NCBI GenBank assembly: GCA_963667845.2
Contig: CAXXVL010000001.1
Span: 832,001-896,000, forward strand
Reading direction: 5' to 3'
Length of the DNA: 64,000 nt
Source of the DNA: Smithellaceae bacterium
Lineage (GTDB): Bacteria; Desulfobacterota; Syntrophia; Syntrophales; Smithellaceae
Notes under the pieces: generated by a model
Told to the model about the DNA's origin: nothing
The model's input: the letters and a program-made list of their open reading frames with translations, nothing else
Databases searched by the model: none
Shown here: in pieces, positions 8,637-18,175 of the stretch
How positions within the stretch are numbered: the first letter of the stretch is position 1
How the letters are laid out: the number at the start of each line of letters is the position of its first letter
Made by a program: the position numbers and the translations under genes

Positions 8637-9494
8637 CTATTCGGCAATGGCATCGCCTTCGATATCTTTATGATACTTGCTGTTTCTTCTTTTGGCAACT
8701 AATCGATCTATGAAACGAGGAGGAGAAAATGTCCATTTTCCAAATAAATACTTATTAATTGTCTCTTTATTGAGGCTAACATATCCATTACACGATTGTG
8801 GAAGAGAATTGGATCTTAAGCGAAGCACATCCAGAAACCGGGGATGCTTCATCGCCTCGGCCAGCGCAAAACCAAAAGATTGATTACTGATTAATAACTT
8901 GCTTCCTTTTATGACCTGGGCCAGTTCGACAATATCTCTTACCGTTAGAAAACTTATTTCTAATCCTGTGCGTTTCTTAAACGCATGATATTCGTTTTCA
9001 AATCCGAGAAAAATACATTGATCTGTGTAATCCTCAAGCGCCTGCCAATTGAATATGCCGGAAGGGGCGGCATTTTTTGTGCTGTACGTCACCACAATAT
9101 CCTTGACATGACTCGCCGCAATATTAAAGAGCCACTGCTGACATAAATCAAATCGAACATTGAACTTTATTAAATGCCAATGCGCAAGATGAATCTTCCA
9201 TAACGCGCGATCGTTAACAACATACTCACGAAAGCAATCCAGATCATAATCTACAGCTTCTCCTCCATACAGTCTGACATCTTTCAGGTAAGGCTGGGTT
9301 TTTAAAAGATCGGCCATCTGATCAATAATATCTGAAGATAACGGAAAAGGATGAGGAGCGTCGGGGCTTATGAGGGGGGGATGATCGTTCGTTGCAATAT
9401 ACAGAATGCCGCCACCCAACGCTATGATCGTAGGCAGCGCGTAAATGATGTCACCAAGATTGCCGCTATGTTTAAAGGTTCGGACGTCAGGCAT
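8637..9494 (-). CDS. GT-B fold, GT9 (heptosyltransferase)-like hypothetical protein
   Basis: HSGNLGDIIYALP (GT9-like N-terminal GD motif), ELAQVIKGSKLLISNQS..FALAEAM; ATG 9494 just downstream of the upstream stop (9496). Confidence 0.6.
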   Translation of the reverse strand: MPDVRTFKHSGNLGDIIYALPTIIALGGGILYIATNDHPPLISPDAPHPFPLSSDIIDQMADLLKTQPYLKDVRLYGGEAVDYDLDCFREYVVNDRALWKIHLAHWHLIKFNVRFDLCQQWLFNIAASHVKDIVVTYSTKNAAPSGIFNWQALEDYTDQCIFLGFENEYHAFKKRTGLEISFLTVRDIVELAQVIKGSKLLISNQSFGFALAEAMKHPRFLDVLRLRSNSLPQSCNGYVSLNKETINKYLFGKWTFSPPRFIDRLVAKRRNSKYHKDIEGDAIAE

Positions 9495-9495
9495 C

Positions 9496-11571
9496 TTATA
9501 AATCCATTCCAAAACGAACTGCCTCAAGCGCTTTTTCTTTCGCCTTCATTAATATATCCCGCGACACGACGCACGCTTCTTTCTGCATGGCTTCCAGTTT
9601 TCGTCCTGTCAGTGGAGGATAGCAGACGGGAATTTGTAATTCTTCGGCCAATGGTGGAATTTTAGAAGATCGGGCGATTGCTGCAACCCTGCATCCCATC
9701 CATGCCGCGATTAAAAGTCCATGGTATCTGCTGCTGATGATCACAGAGCAATCATCGATCGGTGATAACAGAGCGCGAATGTCTCCATGCATGTAATCCG
9801 GAATACTGAGAACCAATTTTCTTTTCGTCCACCAGCCCAGATCAGCCGTCATTTGTTCATAGATTTGGCATTCGTGTCGTGCAATCTTACGCATATCGCC
9901 CGCAATAAACGACGTCGTTTTCCACCTTGTCACGAGAAAATCCTTTACACCGGCGATATCTTCATCGGAAAGCGTATCTCCCGCAATGATAACACCAAGA
10001 TTAAATTTCTTTCTGATGCTTCGATTCGCATCGACACAATCAGCAAGAATGATATTTGCTAAATCGGCTCCTGAATATATCTTAGAACTCGGAACACCAA
10101 GCATCTTAGTCAGAATATCGGCACTGTGCTGATCCCTTGTCGAAATTTTATCAAAGGCATTGGCTACCAATGAGAACCTTTCTTTTTCGGGTTCGATTTC
10201 CAGTTCTGCTCCAACATTCACCAGGCATTTTCGATCAAACGTATTCATATACGGCAATTGCTCGAGCCAATATTTGAGCACATAATCTCCGCAGGTCAGT
10301 TGAAACGGAGTGGCTCCCGGTCCCACCCACGTCGTGTGGATTCCTGCCGCCTTGTCCTGTGAATTATCGGGCAATTCACGATGCCATGAAATATCGGGGA
10401 ATCTTTTCTTTTGCGACTCCATAAAATAGCTTGTCGCGACGTGAGTTTTAAATTGCACTCCCTGATAAGAAGAGAGTGTGTTCTGAAATCCGGCGATCAT
10501 CAGATCATCACCGATATTTCCATGCCCCCAGAAATCAAATCCGACATATGCCGAACGGATGGTGTTTTTCTTAACGGCCGCTTTCTTGTTTTCAGGAACA
10601 TGCGAATCGGATACCGGAGAAAGCCATGCATCAACATCGCTGCCGGGTATTTCAGTTATTATCGAAAATTCATCATTCACTCCGTAACTGATAATCCATT
10701 TGTCATCTTTGAAAACGGCCCCGCAGGGATAGAGCACTTGCTTTACCGCAGGATTAAGTCTCTCCGGGGAATCATTAAAGCCAAAAGGGTTTGCCAAATC
10801 AAGCGGTTTGAGAGAAACATCTTTCGGGGCAAAGGGAAAGTCGGCTTCAAAACGATACACAGCCGGTGCATACATAAAGTTTCCTAAAACGCCATAAACT
10901 GAATGGCAGAAATTATAATAGTAATTTCCTGATCGCTGAGGAGGGGCTCCTCCTCTTAACTCGCCGTAAGAATCCCGTCGGCCATTGCTGTCCCAATTTA
11001 CAGCAGCCGTAGGATGAAATTTTATTTCGTTTTCTCCCTGAAGTGAAAATTCCATAACACAATGCGGTTCTATGGAATAAATGGCATAGAAAGGATCATC
11101 GCCAAAAAATGTCCAATTCTTTTCAATCGGACGCCGTTCTCCTTCCAGGACAATTTCTCTCGCCCGGCCAATTGGTTTTAAAGTTGATTCATCCAGTTCA
11201 ACAATAAACTGATGATTAAACGGTTCATGCATGCCGGAATTCCAATAAACAAAAAGTTGTCCTGCCAATCGAAATAAACGCGGATCGGCAAACCAGCTTA
11301 CTGTTCTGTCACAAAGGGAATGGTTATTCGGAAATTGAACGATATCACTAAAAGGAACAATTGTTTCTTTTTTGATTTGATAATCGGAATCAAGGCGACA
11401 GAGGGCAATTCGCCTTAAACCATCTAATCCGATCATTCGATAGGCAAATATCCAGTCTTCCGTTCCTTCTATGATGCTCGGGTTAAACATATAAACTTTA
11501 CCCGACCGAAAGCACTTTTTCCAATTCTCAGGAATAAATTTCAGATTTTTAAGAACGACAGGTTTGTTCAT
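9496..11571 (-). CDS. Fusion: five-bladed beta-propeller (GH130/GT91-like) + polysaccharide pyruvyl transferase domain
   Basis: N-half FNPSII, DPRLF, EKNWTFF, LRGGAPP, VLYPCGAV, ISYGVND; C-half FWGHGNIGDDLM, ISTRDQHS, ISSRYHGLLIAAWMG. Confidence 0.7.
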   Translation of the reverse strand: MNKPVVLKNLKFIPENWKKCFRSGKVYMFNPSIIEGTEDWIFAYRMIGLDGLRRIALCRLDSDYQIKKETIVPFSDIVQFPNNHSLCDRTVSWFADPRLFRLAGQLFVYWNSGMHEPFNHQFIVELDESTLKPIGRAREIVLEGERRPIEKNWTFFGDDPFYAIYSIEPHCVMEFSLQGENEIKFHPTAAVNWDSNGRRDSYGELRGGAPPQRSGNYYYNFCHSVYGVLGNFMYAPAVYRFEADFPFAPKDVSLKPLDLANPFGFNDSPERLNPAVKQVLYPCGAVFKDDKWIISYGVNDEFSIITEIPGSDVDAWLSPVSDSHVPENKKAAVKKNTIRSAYVGFDFWGHGNIGDDLMIAGFQNTLSSYQGVQFKTHVATSYFMESQKKRFPDISWHRELPDNSQDKAAGIHTTWVGPGATPFQLTCGDYVLKYWLEQLPYMNTFDRKCLVNVGAELEIEPEKERFSLVANAFDKISTRDQHSADILTKMLGVPSSKIYSGADLANIILADCVDANRSIRKKFNLGVIIAGDTLSDEDIAGVKDFLVTRWKTTSFIAGDMRKIARHECQIYEQMTADLGWWTKRKLVLSIPDYMHGDIRALLSPIDDCSVIISSRYHGLLIAAWMGCRVAAIARSSKIPPLAEELQIPVCYPPLTGRKLEAMQKEACVVSRDILMKAKEKALEAVRFGMDL

Positions 11572-11704
11572 TCAATTCCGTGTTATAAAAAAGTTCATTG
11601 TAAATGTTGTGTCTAGTGGGGAAAAATTGGAAACGCAATAAACATCTCAAGATATTGTTCAAGTCTTTATTCGTTGCCTTTGAACTCAAATGTGAGTCTT
11701 GAGC

Positions 11705-11736
11705 AAAAAGCCGGAGCAACATGTGCTGCTCCGGCT
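11705..11736 (-). terminator. Rho-independent terminator after ppdK
   Basis: AGCCGGAGCA/TGCTCCGGCT stem; T-run follows on the minus strand. Confidence 0.75.
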
Positions 11737-11766
11737 CTTGTTTATTCATATCCTATCCGCTCCGAT

Positions 11767-14700
11767 TTATTTCTTCTTCGCGGTCTTCTTTGCTGCGGGT
11801 TTTTTAGCAGCCACTTTTTTCGGCGCCGCTTTCTTCACGGTGACTTTTTTAGCCGCCGGTTTTTTCGCGGCAACTTTCCTGGGGGCGGCTTTCTTGATTG
11901 CCGCCTTCTTCACAACCGCTTTCTTGACAGCCGGTTTCTTGGCCGCCGGTTTGGCGCTTGCCGTTTTAACGGCCACGGCTACCGCTTTTTTTACGGCCTT
12001 CGCCGTTTTGATCATCCCTTTGGCTTTGGCCAGGACTTTCTTGGCCGCTTTGGCAACTGCTTTCTTGACGGGTGCCGCGTTTCTCAGCGCAGCCTGAGCT
12101 GCGGCGAGTCTTGCAATGGGCACGCGGAAGGGCGAGCAGCTGACGTAATTCAGGCCGGTCAGATGGCAGAACTCGATGGAGCTGGGTTCGCCGCCGTGTT
12201 CGCCGCAGATGCCGACTTTCAGTTTGGGGTTGATGCCCCGGCCCTTGGCCACGGCCATCTGAATGAGCTGGCCCACGCCGTCGCGATCCAGAACGCGGAA
12301 CGGATCGACCGGCAGGATTTTCTTCGCGACGTATTCGGGCAGGAATTTACCGGCATCGTCACGGCTGTAACCGAAGGTCATCTGGGTCAGGTCATTGGTG
12401 CCGAAGGAGAAGAAGGCCGCCTCCTTGGCGATTTCATCGGCAGTGACTGCCGCGCGCGGCACTTCAATCATCGTTCCCACGGAATAATCGACCTTGACGC
12501 CGGTTTCTTCCATAACCTTTTTGGCGGTGGCAACGATGATTTCCTTCTGTGAGGTAAGTTCATTCACGGTGCCGACCAGCGGAACCATGACCTCGGGACG
12601 CGCATCCACGCCTTCTTTGGTCAACTGACAGGCAGCTTCAAAAACGGCGCGCGCCTGCATTTCGGTGATTTCCGGATAGGTAATGCCCAGGCGGCAGCCG
12701 CGATGGCCCAGCATGGGGTTGAACTCATGCAATGCATTGACCTTGGCCTTGACCGCTTCCAGCGATATGCCCATTTCTGCAGCCATTTCGCGCTGATTTT
12801 CTTCTTCATGCGGAACAAACTCATGCAGCGGCGGATCAAGCAGGCGGATAGTGACGCCGTATCCTTCCATGGCCTTGAGGATGCCGTAGAAATCTTCGCG
12901 CTGCATCGGCAGCAGCTTGGCGAGTGCGATTTTGCGGCCTTCCAGATTGTCGGCCAGGATCATTTCGCGCACGGCTTTGATGCGTTCGCCTTCAAAGAAC
13001 ATGTGCTCGGTGCGGCAAAGGCCGATGCCCTGCGCGCCGAAATTCCGGGCGACCGCCGCATCATGAGGCGTATCGGCGTTGGTGCGAATGCCCAGCTTTT
13101 TGGCTTCGTCGGCCCATTGCATGATGATGCCGAAATTTCCGGAGAGTTCTGCGGGCCTTGTTTTCACTTCGCCCAGCATGACTTCGCCGGTTGAACCGTC
13201 CAGGGAGATGTAGTCTCCTTCTTTGACGAGAGCGGTTTTAAACTTGATTTCCTTCCTGGCATAGCTGATTTCAATATCGCCGCAGCCGGAAACGCAGCAC
13301 TTGCCCATGCCGCGGGCGACAACGGCCGCATGCGAGGTCATGCCGCCGCGCTGGGTGAGGACACCCTGTGCCGCGCTCATGCCTTTGAGATCTTCGGGAG
13401 AGGTTTCAACGCGCACGAGAATAACTCTCTCTCCGCGTTTCTTCCAATCTTCCGCGTCATCCGCGTTGAAGACGACACGTCCCGTTCCCGCTCCGGGAGA
13501 GGCGGGCAGTCCCTTGGTGATGACATTGCGGGCCGCATTGGGATCAAAGGTCGGATGGAGAAGCTGGTCGAGCGATGTCGGATCGATGCGCAGAAGGGCC
13601 GTCTTTTTATCGATGAGTTTTTCATTGACCATGTCTACTGCGATGGTCACAGCGGCTTCGGCGGTGCGTTTGCCGGTCCGGGTTTGCAGCATCCAGAGTT
13701 TTTGATCCTGAATGGTGAATTCGATGTCCTGCATTTCTTTGTAGTGATGTTCCAGTCTGGTGTAGACGTTGACCAGGTCCTTGTAGGCGGCGGGCATGTA
13801 TTCTTCGAGGGACGGGAATGATTTTGCCCGATGTTCTTCGGAAACGTTATTGTCTCTGGCCCAGCGGCGGGAGCCGACGAGTGTGACCTGCTGCGGGGTG
13901 CGGATACCGGCGACGACATCTTCACCCTGGGCATTGATCAGGTATTCACCGTAGAACAGGTTTTCGCCGGTGGCCGGATCGCGGGTAAAGGCAACACCGG
14001 TGGCGCAGCTTTCACCCCGGTTGCCGAAGACCATCGCCTGAACGTTCACGGCGGTGCCCCATTTATCGTCAAAGCCGTTCATCTTGCGGTACAGGACGGC
14101 GCGCGGCGTGTTCCAGGACATGAAAACCGCGCCGATGGCGCCCCAGAGCTGTTCTTTAGGATCAGAGGGAAATTCCTTGCCCAGTTTTTCGACGATGAGC
14201 TTTTTAAAGCGGCTGACCAGTTCTTTCAAGTCGGCAATGGTCATGTCGAGATCGGCCTTGATGCCTCGTTCGGCTTTGAGTCCGTCCATGACTTCTTCGA
14301 ACGGGTCATGCGCGTCCTTGTCTTCGGGTTTGAGGCCCATGACGACGTCACCGTACATCTGGACGAAACGGCGGTAAGAATCCCAGCCGAATCGTTCATT
14401 CCCGGATTGGTTGATAATGCCGATAACGGTCTCATCGTTGAGGCCGAGATTGAGAACGGTGTCCATCATGCCCGGCATCGAGACGCGCGCGCCGGAACGG
14501 ACGGATAACAGAAGCGGCTTGGCCGGGTCGCCGAATTTCGCGCCCATGGCCGTTTCCACTTTTTTCAGCGCTGTTTCTACGTCTTTTTCGAGTCCTGCGG
14601 GGAAGCGTTTATTGTTCTCATAAAATTCAACGCAGACATCGGCCGTGATCGTGAATCCCGCAGGTACCGGAATTCCCAGGTTCGCCATTTCGGCCAGGTT

Positions 14701-14784
14701 CGCCCCTTTGCCGCCGAGAAGGTTCTTCATGTCGGCTCTGCCTTCATTGATGCCCTTCCCGAATGTGTAAACACGTTTAGCCAT
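11767..14784 (-). CDS. ppdK: Pyruvate, phosphate dikinase with ~100-aa Lys/Ala-rich C-terminal extension
   Basis: [76 protein letters not shown]. Confidence 0.97.
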   Translation of the reverse strand: MAKRVYTFGKGINEGRADMKNLLGGKGANLAEMANLGIPVPAGFTITADVCVEFYENNKRFPAGLEKDVETALKKVETAMGAKFGDPAKPLLLSVRSGARVSMPGMMDTVLNLGLNDETVIGIINQSGNERFGWDSYRRFVQMYGDVVMGLKPEDKDAHDPFEEVMDGLKAERGIKADLDMTIADLKELVSRFKKLIVEKLGKEFPSDPKEQLWGAIGAVFMSWNTPRAVLYRKMNGFDDKWGTAVNVQAMVFGNRGESCATGVAFTRDPATGENLFYGEYLINAQGEDVVAGIRTPQQVTLVGSRRWARDNNVSEEHRAKSFPSLEEYMPAAYKDLVNVYTRLEHHYKEMQDIEFTIQDQKLWMLQTRTGKRTAEAAVTIAVDMVNEKLIDKKTALLRIDPTSLDQLLHPTFDPNAARNVITKGLPASPGAGTGRVVFNADDAEDWKKRGERVILVRVETSPEDLKGMSAAQGVLTQRGGMTSHAAVVARGMGKCCVSGCGDIEISYARKEIKFKTALVKEGDYISLDGSTGEVMLGEVKTRPAELSGNFGIIMQWADEAKKLGIRTNADTPHDAAVARNFGAQGIGLCRTEHMFFEGERIKAVREMILADNLEGRKIALAKLLPMQREDFYGILKAMEGYGVTIRLLDPPLHEFVPHEEENQREMAAEMGISLEAVKAKVNALHEFNPMLGHRGCRLGITYPEITEMQARAVFEAACQLTKEGVDARPEVMVPLVGTVNELTSQKEIIVATAKKVMEETGVKVDYSVGTMIEVPRAAVTADEIAKEAAFFSFGTNDLTQMTFGYSRDDAGKFLPEYVAKKILPVDPFRVLDRDGVGQLIQMAVAKGRGINPKLKVGICGEHGGEPSSIEFCHLTGLNYVSCSPFRVPIARLAAAQAALRNAAPVKKAVAKAAKKVLAKAKGMIKTAKAVKKAVAVAVKTASAKPAAKKPAVKKAVVKKAAIKKAAPRKVAAKKPAAKKVTVKKAAPKKVAAKKPAAKKTAKKK

Positions 14785-14889
14785 ATATTTATCTCCTTTG
14801 GAAAGAATTTCCTGATGTTGAAATAGTGAAGCGCTGAGTTTAATAAATTAAATAGAGAGTGCTGTAAAGTATTTTTTCTTCCCCAATAT

Positions 14890-14923
14890 AAAAACCCCTG
14901 CCGGGGGATGCGCAGGGGCTTTT
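14890..14923 (-). terminator. Rho-independent terminator (possibly bidirectional)
   Basis: AAAAA-CCCCTGC...GCAGGGG-CTTTT, downstream of the 14953..15228 gene. Confidence 0.65.
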
Positions 14924-14952
14924 ACTTCTGGTACTATTAAAGAGGGAAGGGT

Positions 14953-15228
14953 TTAGCTGATCAGGGTTTTTAACGCATCGACAACCGGTGCCGTAAATAT
15001 GGCAACCAGAATCGTGTAAAGAGCAAAAGAACCAATCGCTTCACTCAAATAGAGTTTATCGTATTTACGTTTCAAAGAGACGATGATCAAACCACCGATA
15101 ATCAGGCAGCCGAAATGGAAGTAGGGGAAGCTGGCTTCGCCGGTTGCGCTGTATTGAGCAAAACTAAAGGTGGCAGTGGTCAGTATAATAAAACCGATGA
15201 GAAGACCTGTTTGCATGATTTTTTTCAT
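14953..15228 (-). CDS. Small membrane protein with signal peptide
   Basis: GAGGAGG RBS; signal peptide ending SFA; two further hydrophobic helices separated by KRKY. Confidence 0.7.
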   Translation of the reverse strand: MKKIMQTGLLIGFIILTTATFSFAQYSATGEASFPYFHFGCLIIGGLIIVSLKRKYDKLYLSEAIGSFALYTILVAIFTAPVVDALKTLIS

Positions 15229-15277
15229 TATGCGAATCCTCCTCGATGAAAGATCAACTGCATTTGTTAATATGCTT

Positions 15278-15295
15278 ATGAAATAAATGTGCCAA
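15278..15295 (-). promoter_or_regulatory. Possible sigma54 -24/-12 promoter (imperfect -12)
   Basis: Minus strand TTGGCAC-ATTTA-TTTCAT; AT-rich tract upstream and a TGTCA-N5-TGAAA dyad at 15423-15437. Confidence 0.35.
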
Positions 15296-15444
15296 ATCTC
15301 ATGAAAAAAGGTGAAGTGTTATATGTAATTAATATTATAAAGTTATTATCTGCCAGGGGTCGTTCGCTTTGCGATTTGATAAGTTTAAATATCCAATTGT
15401 ATTGAAAGAAACGTTCAATGCCTGTCAAAAAATGAAAAAAATAT

Positions 15445-15506
15445 TTAATCACGCTTAAGCGGAACGAGCGTTAATTCTCCCTCAGCTTGCTGCGAGGTGG
15501 TTTGAT
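15445..15506 (+). repeat. Dispersed repeat family A, internally deleted copy
   Basis: TTAATC.CGCT...ACGAGCGTTAATTCTCC..CAGCTTGCTGCGAGGTGG.TTGAT shared with 35004-35101 and 63631-63728. Confidence 0.8.
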
Positions 15507-15858
15507 TTTTGGATAAACGAAATCACCAACCGGGTCTCGAAGGGATTCCCCTTTTACAGCGCAAGCCTGGCTCAAAATCGGACTTCTCTATGCCAGCCGA
15601 CAATCCGGCCGGGATTCAATGGATGGATTCAGCATTTTTTGATGGTGTAAACGGGTGTCGGATAACAAGCCGGCCAATCGTGTTTTGCGAAAGACGGTTT
15701 GATCTGCATTTAATGGTATTGCCGGGCGTGAATTTTACAGATATGGAGAAGGCCTGTCACGCCTGATCATTGCACAGATTTGTATGGAGTAACTTGCCGC
15801 AGGCCTTGCTTTACCATTAATCGGCATTATGCTACAAATTATTATCATGAAAGAAAAA

Positions 15859-17934
15859 ATGGCATACAAAAAAATACCCTTCCAGCACGCTCACGGGCGC
15901 TCCGGCCGAAAATCCGGGAGGCCGGAGGCATTTTCCTTTATGAAGCCCGATATCACGGCGCCGCTCAGGAGTGTCCTGGCCAAAATAGGAAAGCCGCCGT
16001 CCGCCCCTTTTGTACCTGATGATTTTCAGGTGAGCGCGCTTACCGCCATCAGGCAAAATGATTGCCTGGTGATTGCGCCGACCGGTTCCGGAAAAACCTG
16101 GATCGCCCGGGAGGCGATTCTGTCCGTCATGGAAAAAGGCGGGCGCTCCTGGTATGCCTCCCCGCTCAAGGCGCTTTCGAATTCGAAGTGGGTGGAGTTC
16201 GGTCTGCATTTTGACCCCGAAAACGTCGGCATTATTACCGGCGATACCAAAGAAAATACGGAAGCGCCGATTATTGTCGGCACGACGGAGATCCTGCGCA
16301 ATCAGCTCTATGATGCCATGCACGAAGGGCTGGACCTGAACTGCGATCTGGTCATTCTGGATGAGGCGCATTTCCTGGGCGACACCGACCGCGGTGTGGT
16401 CTGGGAAGAAATCATGATCTATCTGCCCGCGCGGGTGAATTTGCTCTTGCTTTCGGCCACCATCGGCAACGGCGATGAAATCGCCTCGTGGCTTTCTTCC
16501 ATCCGTCAGAAACCCTGTGCCGTGATTCGGGAGGAAAAACGCCCCGTGCCGTTGTATCCGATGTTTCTGCATCCTTCCGGCTGCCTGCACCCTTACCTGG
16601 AGGGGAAAAAAGCCGGGCCGGCCGTTTGTGAGTTTTTGAAGAAAGATAAGTTCCGGCCCCGGGGAAGCCAGCGTCCGCCGGACTATGCGGGAATCATCCG
16701 CGTGCTGGAGCGCTTCAACCTGCTGCCGGCCATCTTCTTTCTGAAGTCGCGGGCGGAATGCGATACGGCACTGTCGAGCCGTTCGGGACTTCCTCCAATG
16801 AAAGCCGGCGACGCGTTCACCGACGATTTGTATGAGATGCTGGACCGGTTTCCAAGTCTCAGCACGCACCGGCAGATCAAGGCGCTCCGGGCGGCGGGAC
16901 TGGCGGCGCATCACGGCGGGCAGTTGCCTGCCTGGAAGCTCCTCATTGAAGAAATGATGAACCGGGGGCATCTGCGGGCGATTTTTGCCACCTCAACGAT
17001 TGCCGCGGGCGTGAATTTTCCGGCGCGGACGATTGTGTTGTTTAATTCCGACCAGTTTAACGGCCGTGATTTTGTGCCGCTCACCGCAACGGAGTTCCGG
17101 CAGATGACCGGGCGGGCTGGCAGGCGCGGGCAGGACAACATCGGTTTCATGCTGGCGATCGCGGGCCGGTTTATGGATCTGGGGCACGTCCGGAAACTGC
17201 TCCATGCAGCACCGGAAAATATTTTGAGCCAGTTGAAAAATGATTTTGGAATGGTGCTGAATCTGCTCCTTTCGCAGACGCCGGCCGGTGTGAAAAAGAT
17301 ATTTGAAAAATCGTTCGCCGCCTGGCAGCAAAACAAGACGGATTTATCCAAAGCGTCCGCTGCGGATTTGCTGTGGAAGGATTTTTTCCTGCATCTGGAA
17401 TTTTTGCAGCGGGAAGGTTTTGTGGATGCCGCGGGCAAGCTCACGGACGACGGACGGTGGACAGCGCATCTGCGGCTGGACCATCCGCTTCTCGTTGCCG
17501 AGTGCCTGCGGCAAAATGCTTTGCCCGAAGATGACGATAAATTGCTGGCCGCCGTCGTTGCGGTTTTTGCTTATGATCGTGACGATGAAATGCAGCTGAT
17601 GACCAGGGAGCTCCCGCATAAACTGATGGCCGCATTGCGTAAAATGCTGGTGACCGTCAAGCCGCTGGCCCGCCGTCTGGAGGCGGCAGGTTTTATCAGC
17701 GCGAAGCTTCGCACATCGGCGGGCGTGGCCATGTATTACTGGGCGCAGGGACGCAGTTGGGAAGAGGTGATCAAGGCAACAGGCGTTGCGGAAGGCGACA
17801 TGGCCTCCTTGATTTTCCGAACGGGGGACAATCTGCGGCAGATCGCTGCGCTTAAGGATTCGCATCCCGAAGTGGCGGCCTGCGCGTATCGGGCGCGGGA
17901 GGCGATCCTGCGCGAACCGGTCCTCTTTCTCTGA
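15859..17934 (+). CDS. Ski2/HelY-like DEAD/DEAH-box RNA helicase
   Basis: APTGSGKT, PLKALSN, TTEILRN, DEAH, LSAT, HHGG, FATST.AAGVNFPAR, QMTGRAGRRG; DSHCT-like C-terminus; start codon uncertain (15829-15940). Confidence 0.9.
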   Translation: MAYKKIPFQHAHGRSGRKSGRPEAFSFMKPDITAPLRSVLAKIGKPPSAPFVPDDFQVSALTAIRQNDCLVIAPTGSGKTWIAREAILSVMEKGGRSWYASPLKALSNSKWVEFGLHFDPENVGIITGDTKENTEAPIIVGTTEILRNQLYDAMHEGLDLNCDLVILDEAHFLGDTDRGVVWEEIMIYLPARVNLLLLSATIGNGDEIASWLSSIRQKPCAVIREEKRPVPLYPMFLHPSGCLHPYLEGKKAGPAVCEFLKKDKFRPRGSQRPPDYAGIIRVLERFNLLPAIFFLKSRAECDTALSSRSGLPPMKAGDAFTDDLYEMLDRFPSLSTHRQIKALRAAGLAAHHGGQLPAWKLLIEEMMNRGHLRAIFATSTIAAGVNFPARTIVLFNSDQFNGRDFVPLTATEFRQMTGRAGRRGQDNIGFMLAIAGRFMDLGHVRKLLHAAPENILSQLKNDFGMVLNLLLSQTPAGVKKIFEKSFAAWQQNKTDLSKASAADLLWKDFFLHLEFLQREGFVDAAGKLTDDGRWTAHLRLDHPLLVAECLRQNALPEDDDKLLAAVVAVFAYDRDDEMQLMTRELPHKLMAALRKMLVTVKPLARRLEAAGFISAKLRTSAGVAMYYWAQGRSWEEVIKATGVAEGDMASLIFRTGDNLRQIAALKDSHPEVAACAYRAREAILREPVLFL

Positions 17935-18057
17935 GACCGGCTTGCTTTTTACGGCCACCTTTGTTGGCCGCGTCGTCGGTTTCCTCGACGTATATAAAAT
18001 ACGCCTGCGGAACCTCCTCCTTGCCGTCGCGGTGGCCTGAAAAATCAAGCCGGTCTC
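17933..18057. mobile_element. 125-bp palindromic miniature element (family B, ERIC-like)
   Basis: 27-bp terminal IRs GAGACCGGCTTG(C/A)TTTTT(AC/CA)GGCCACC (24/27); core TCGACGTAT...ATACGCCTGC; overlaps the helicase stop codon. Confidence 0.75.
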
Positions 18058-18087
18058 GAACAAGATGTTTGGCCTCGTCTCTTTACG

Positions 18088-18142
18088 GCGCCTTGCATCC
18101 AGGCGCTCGCGTGCCCTTCAGGGTATTTGAACAGCCTTGCTG
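18088..18142. repeat. Fragment (one end) of a family-B element
   Basis: 18108-18125 is the reverse complement (17/18) of 28465-28482; TTTGAACAGCCT resembles the reverse complement of the 28427 element left end. Confidence 0.6.
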
Positions 18143-18175
18143 ATGCGGTGAGGAAGGAATGCTCTAAATTTAAGT

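Noticed and set aside
11674..12552. Plus-strand ORFs (292 aa and 132 aa, [13 protein letters not shown])
   Set aside because: Antisense shadows of ppdK and its Lys/Ala tail.
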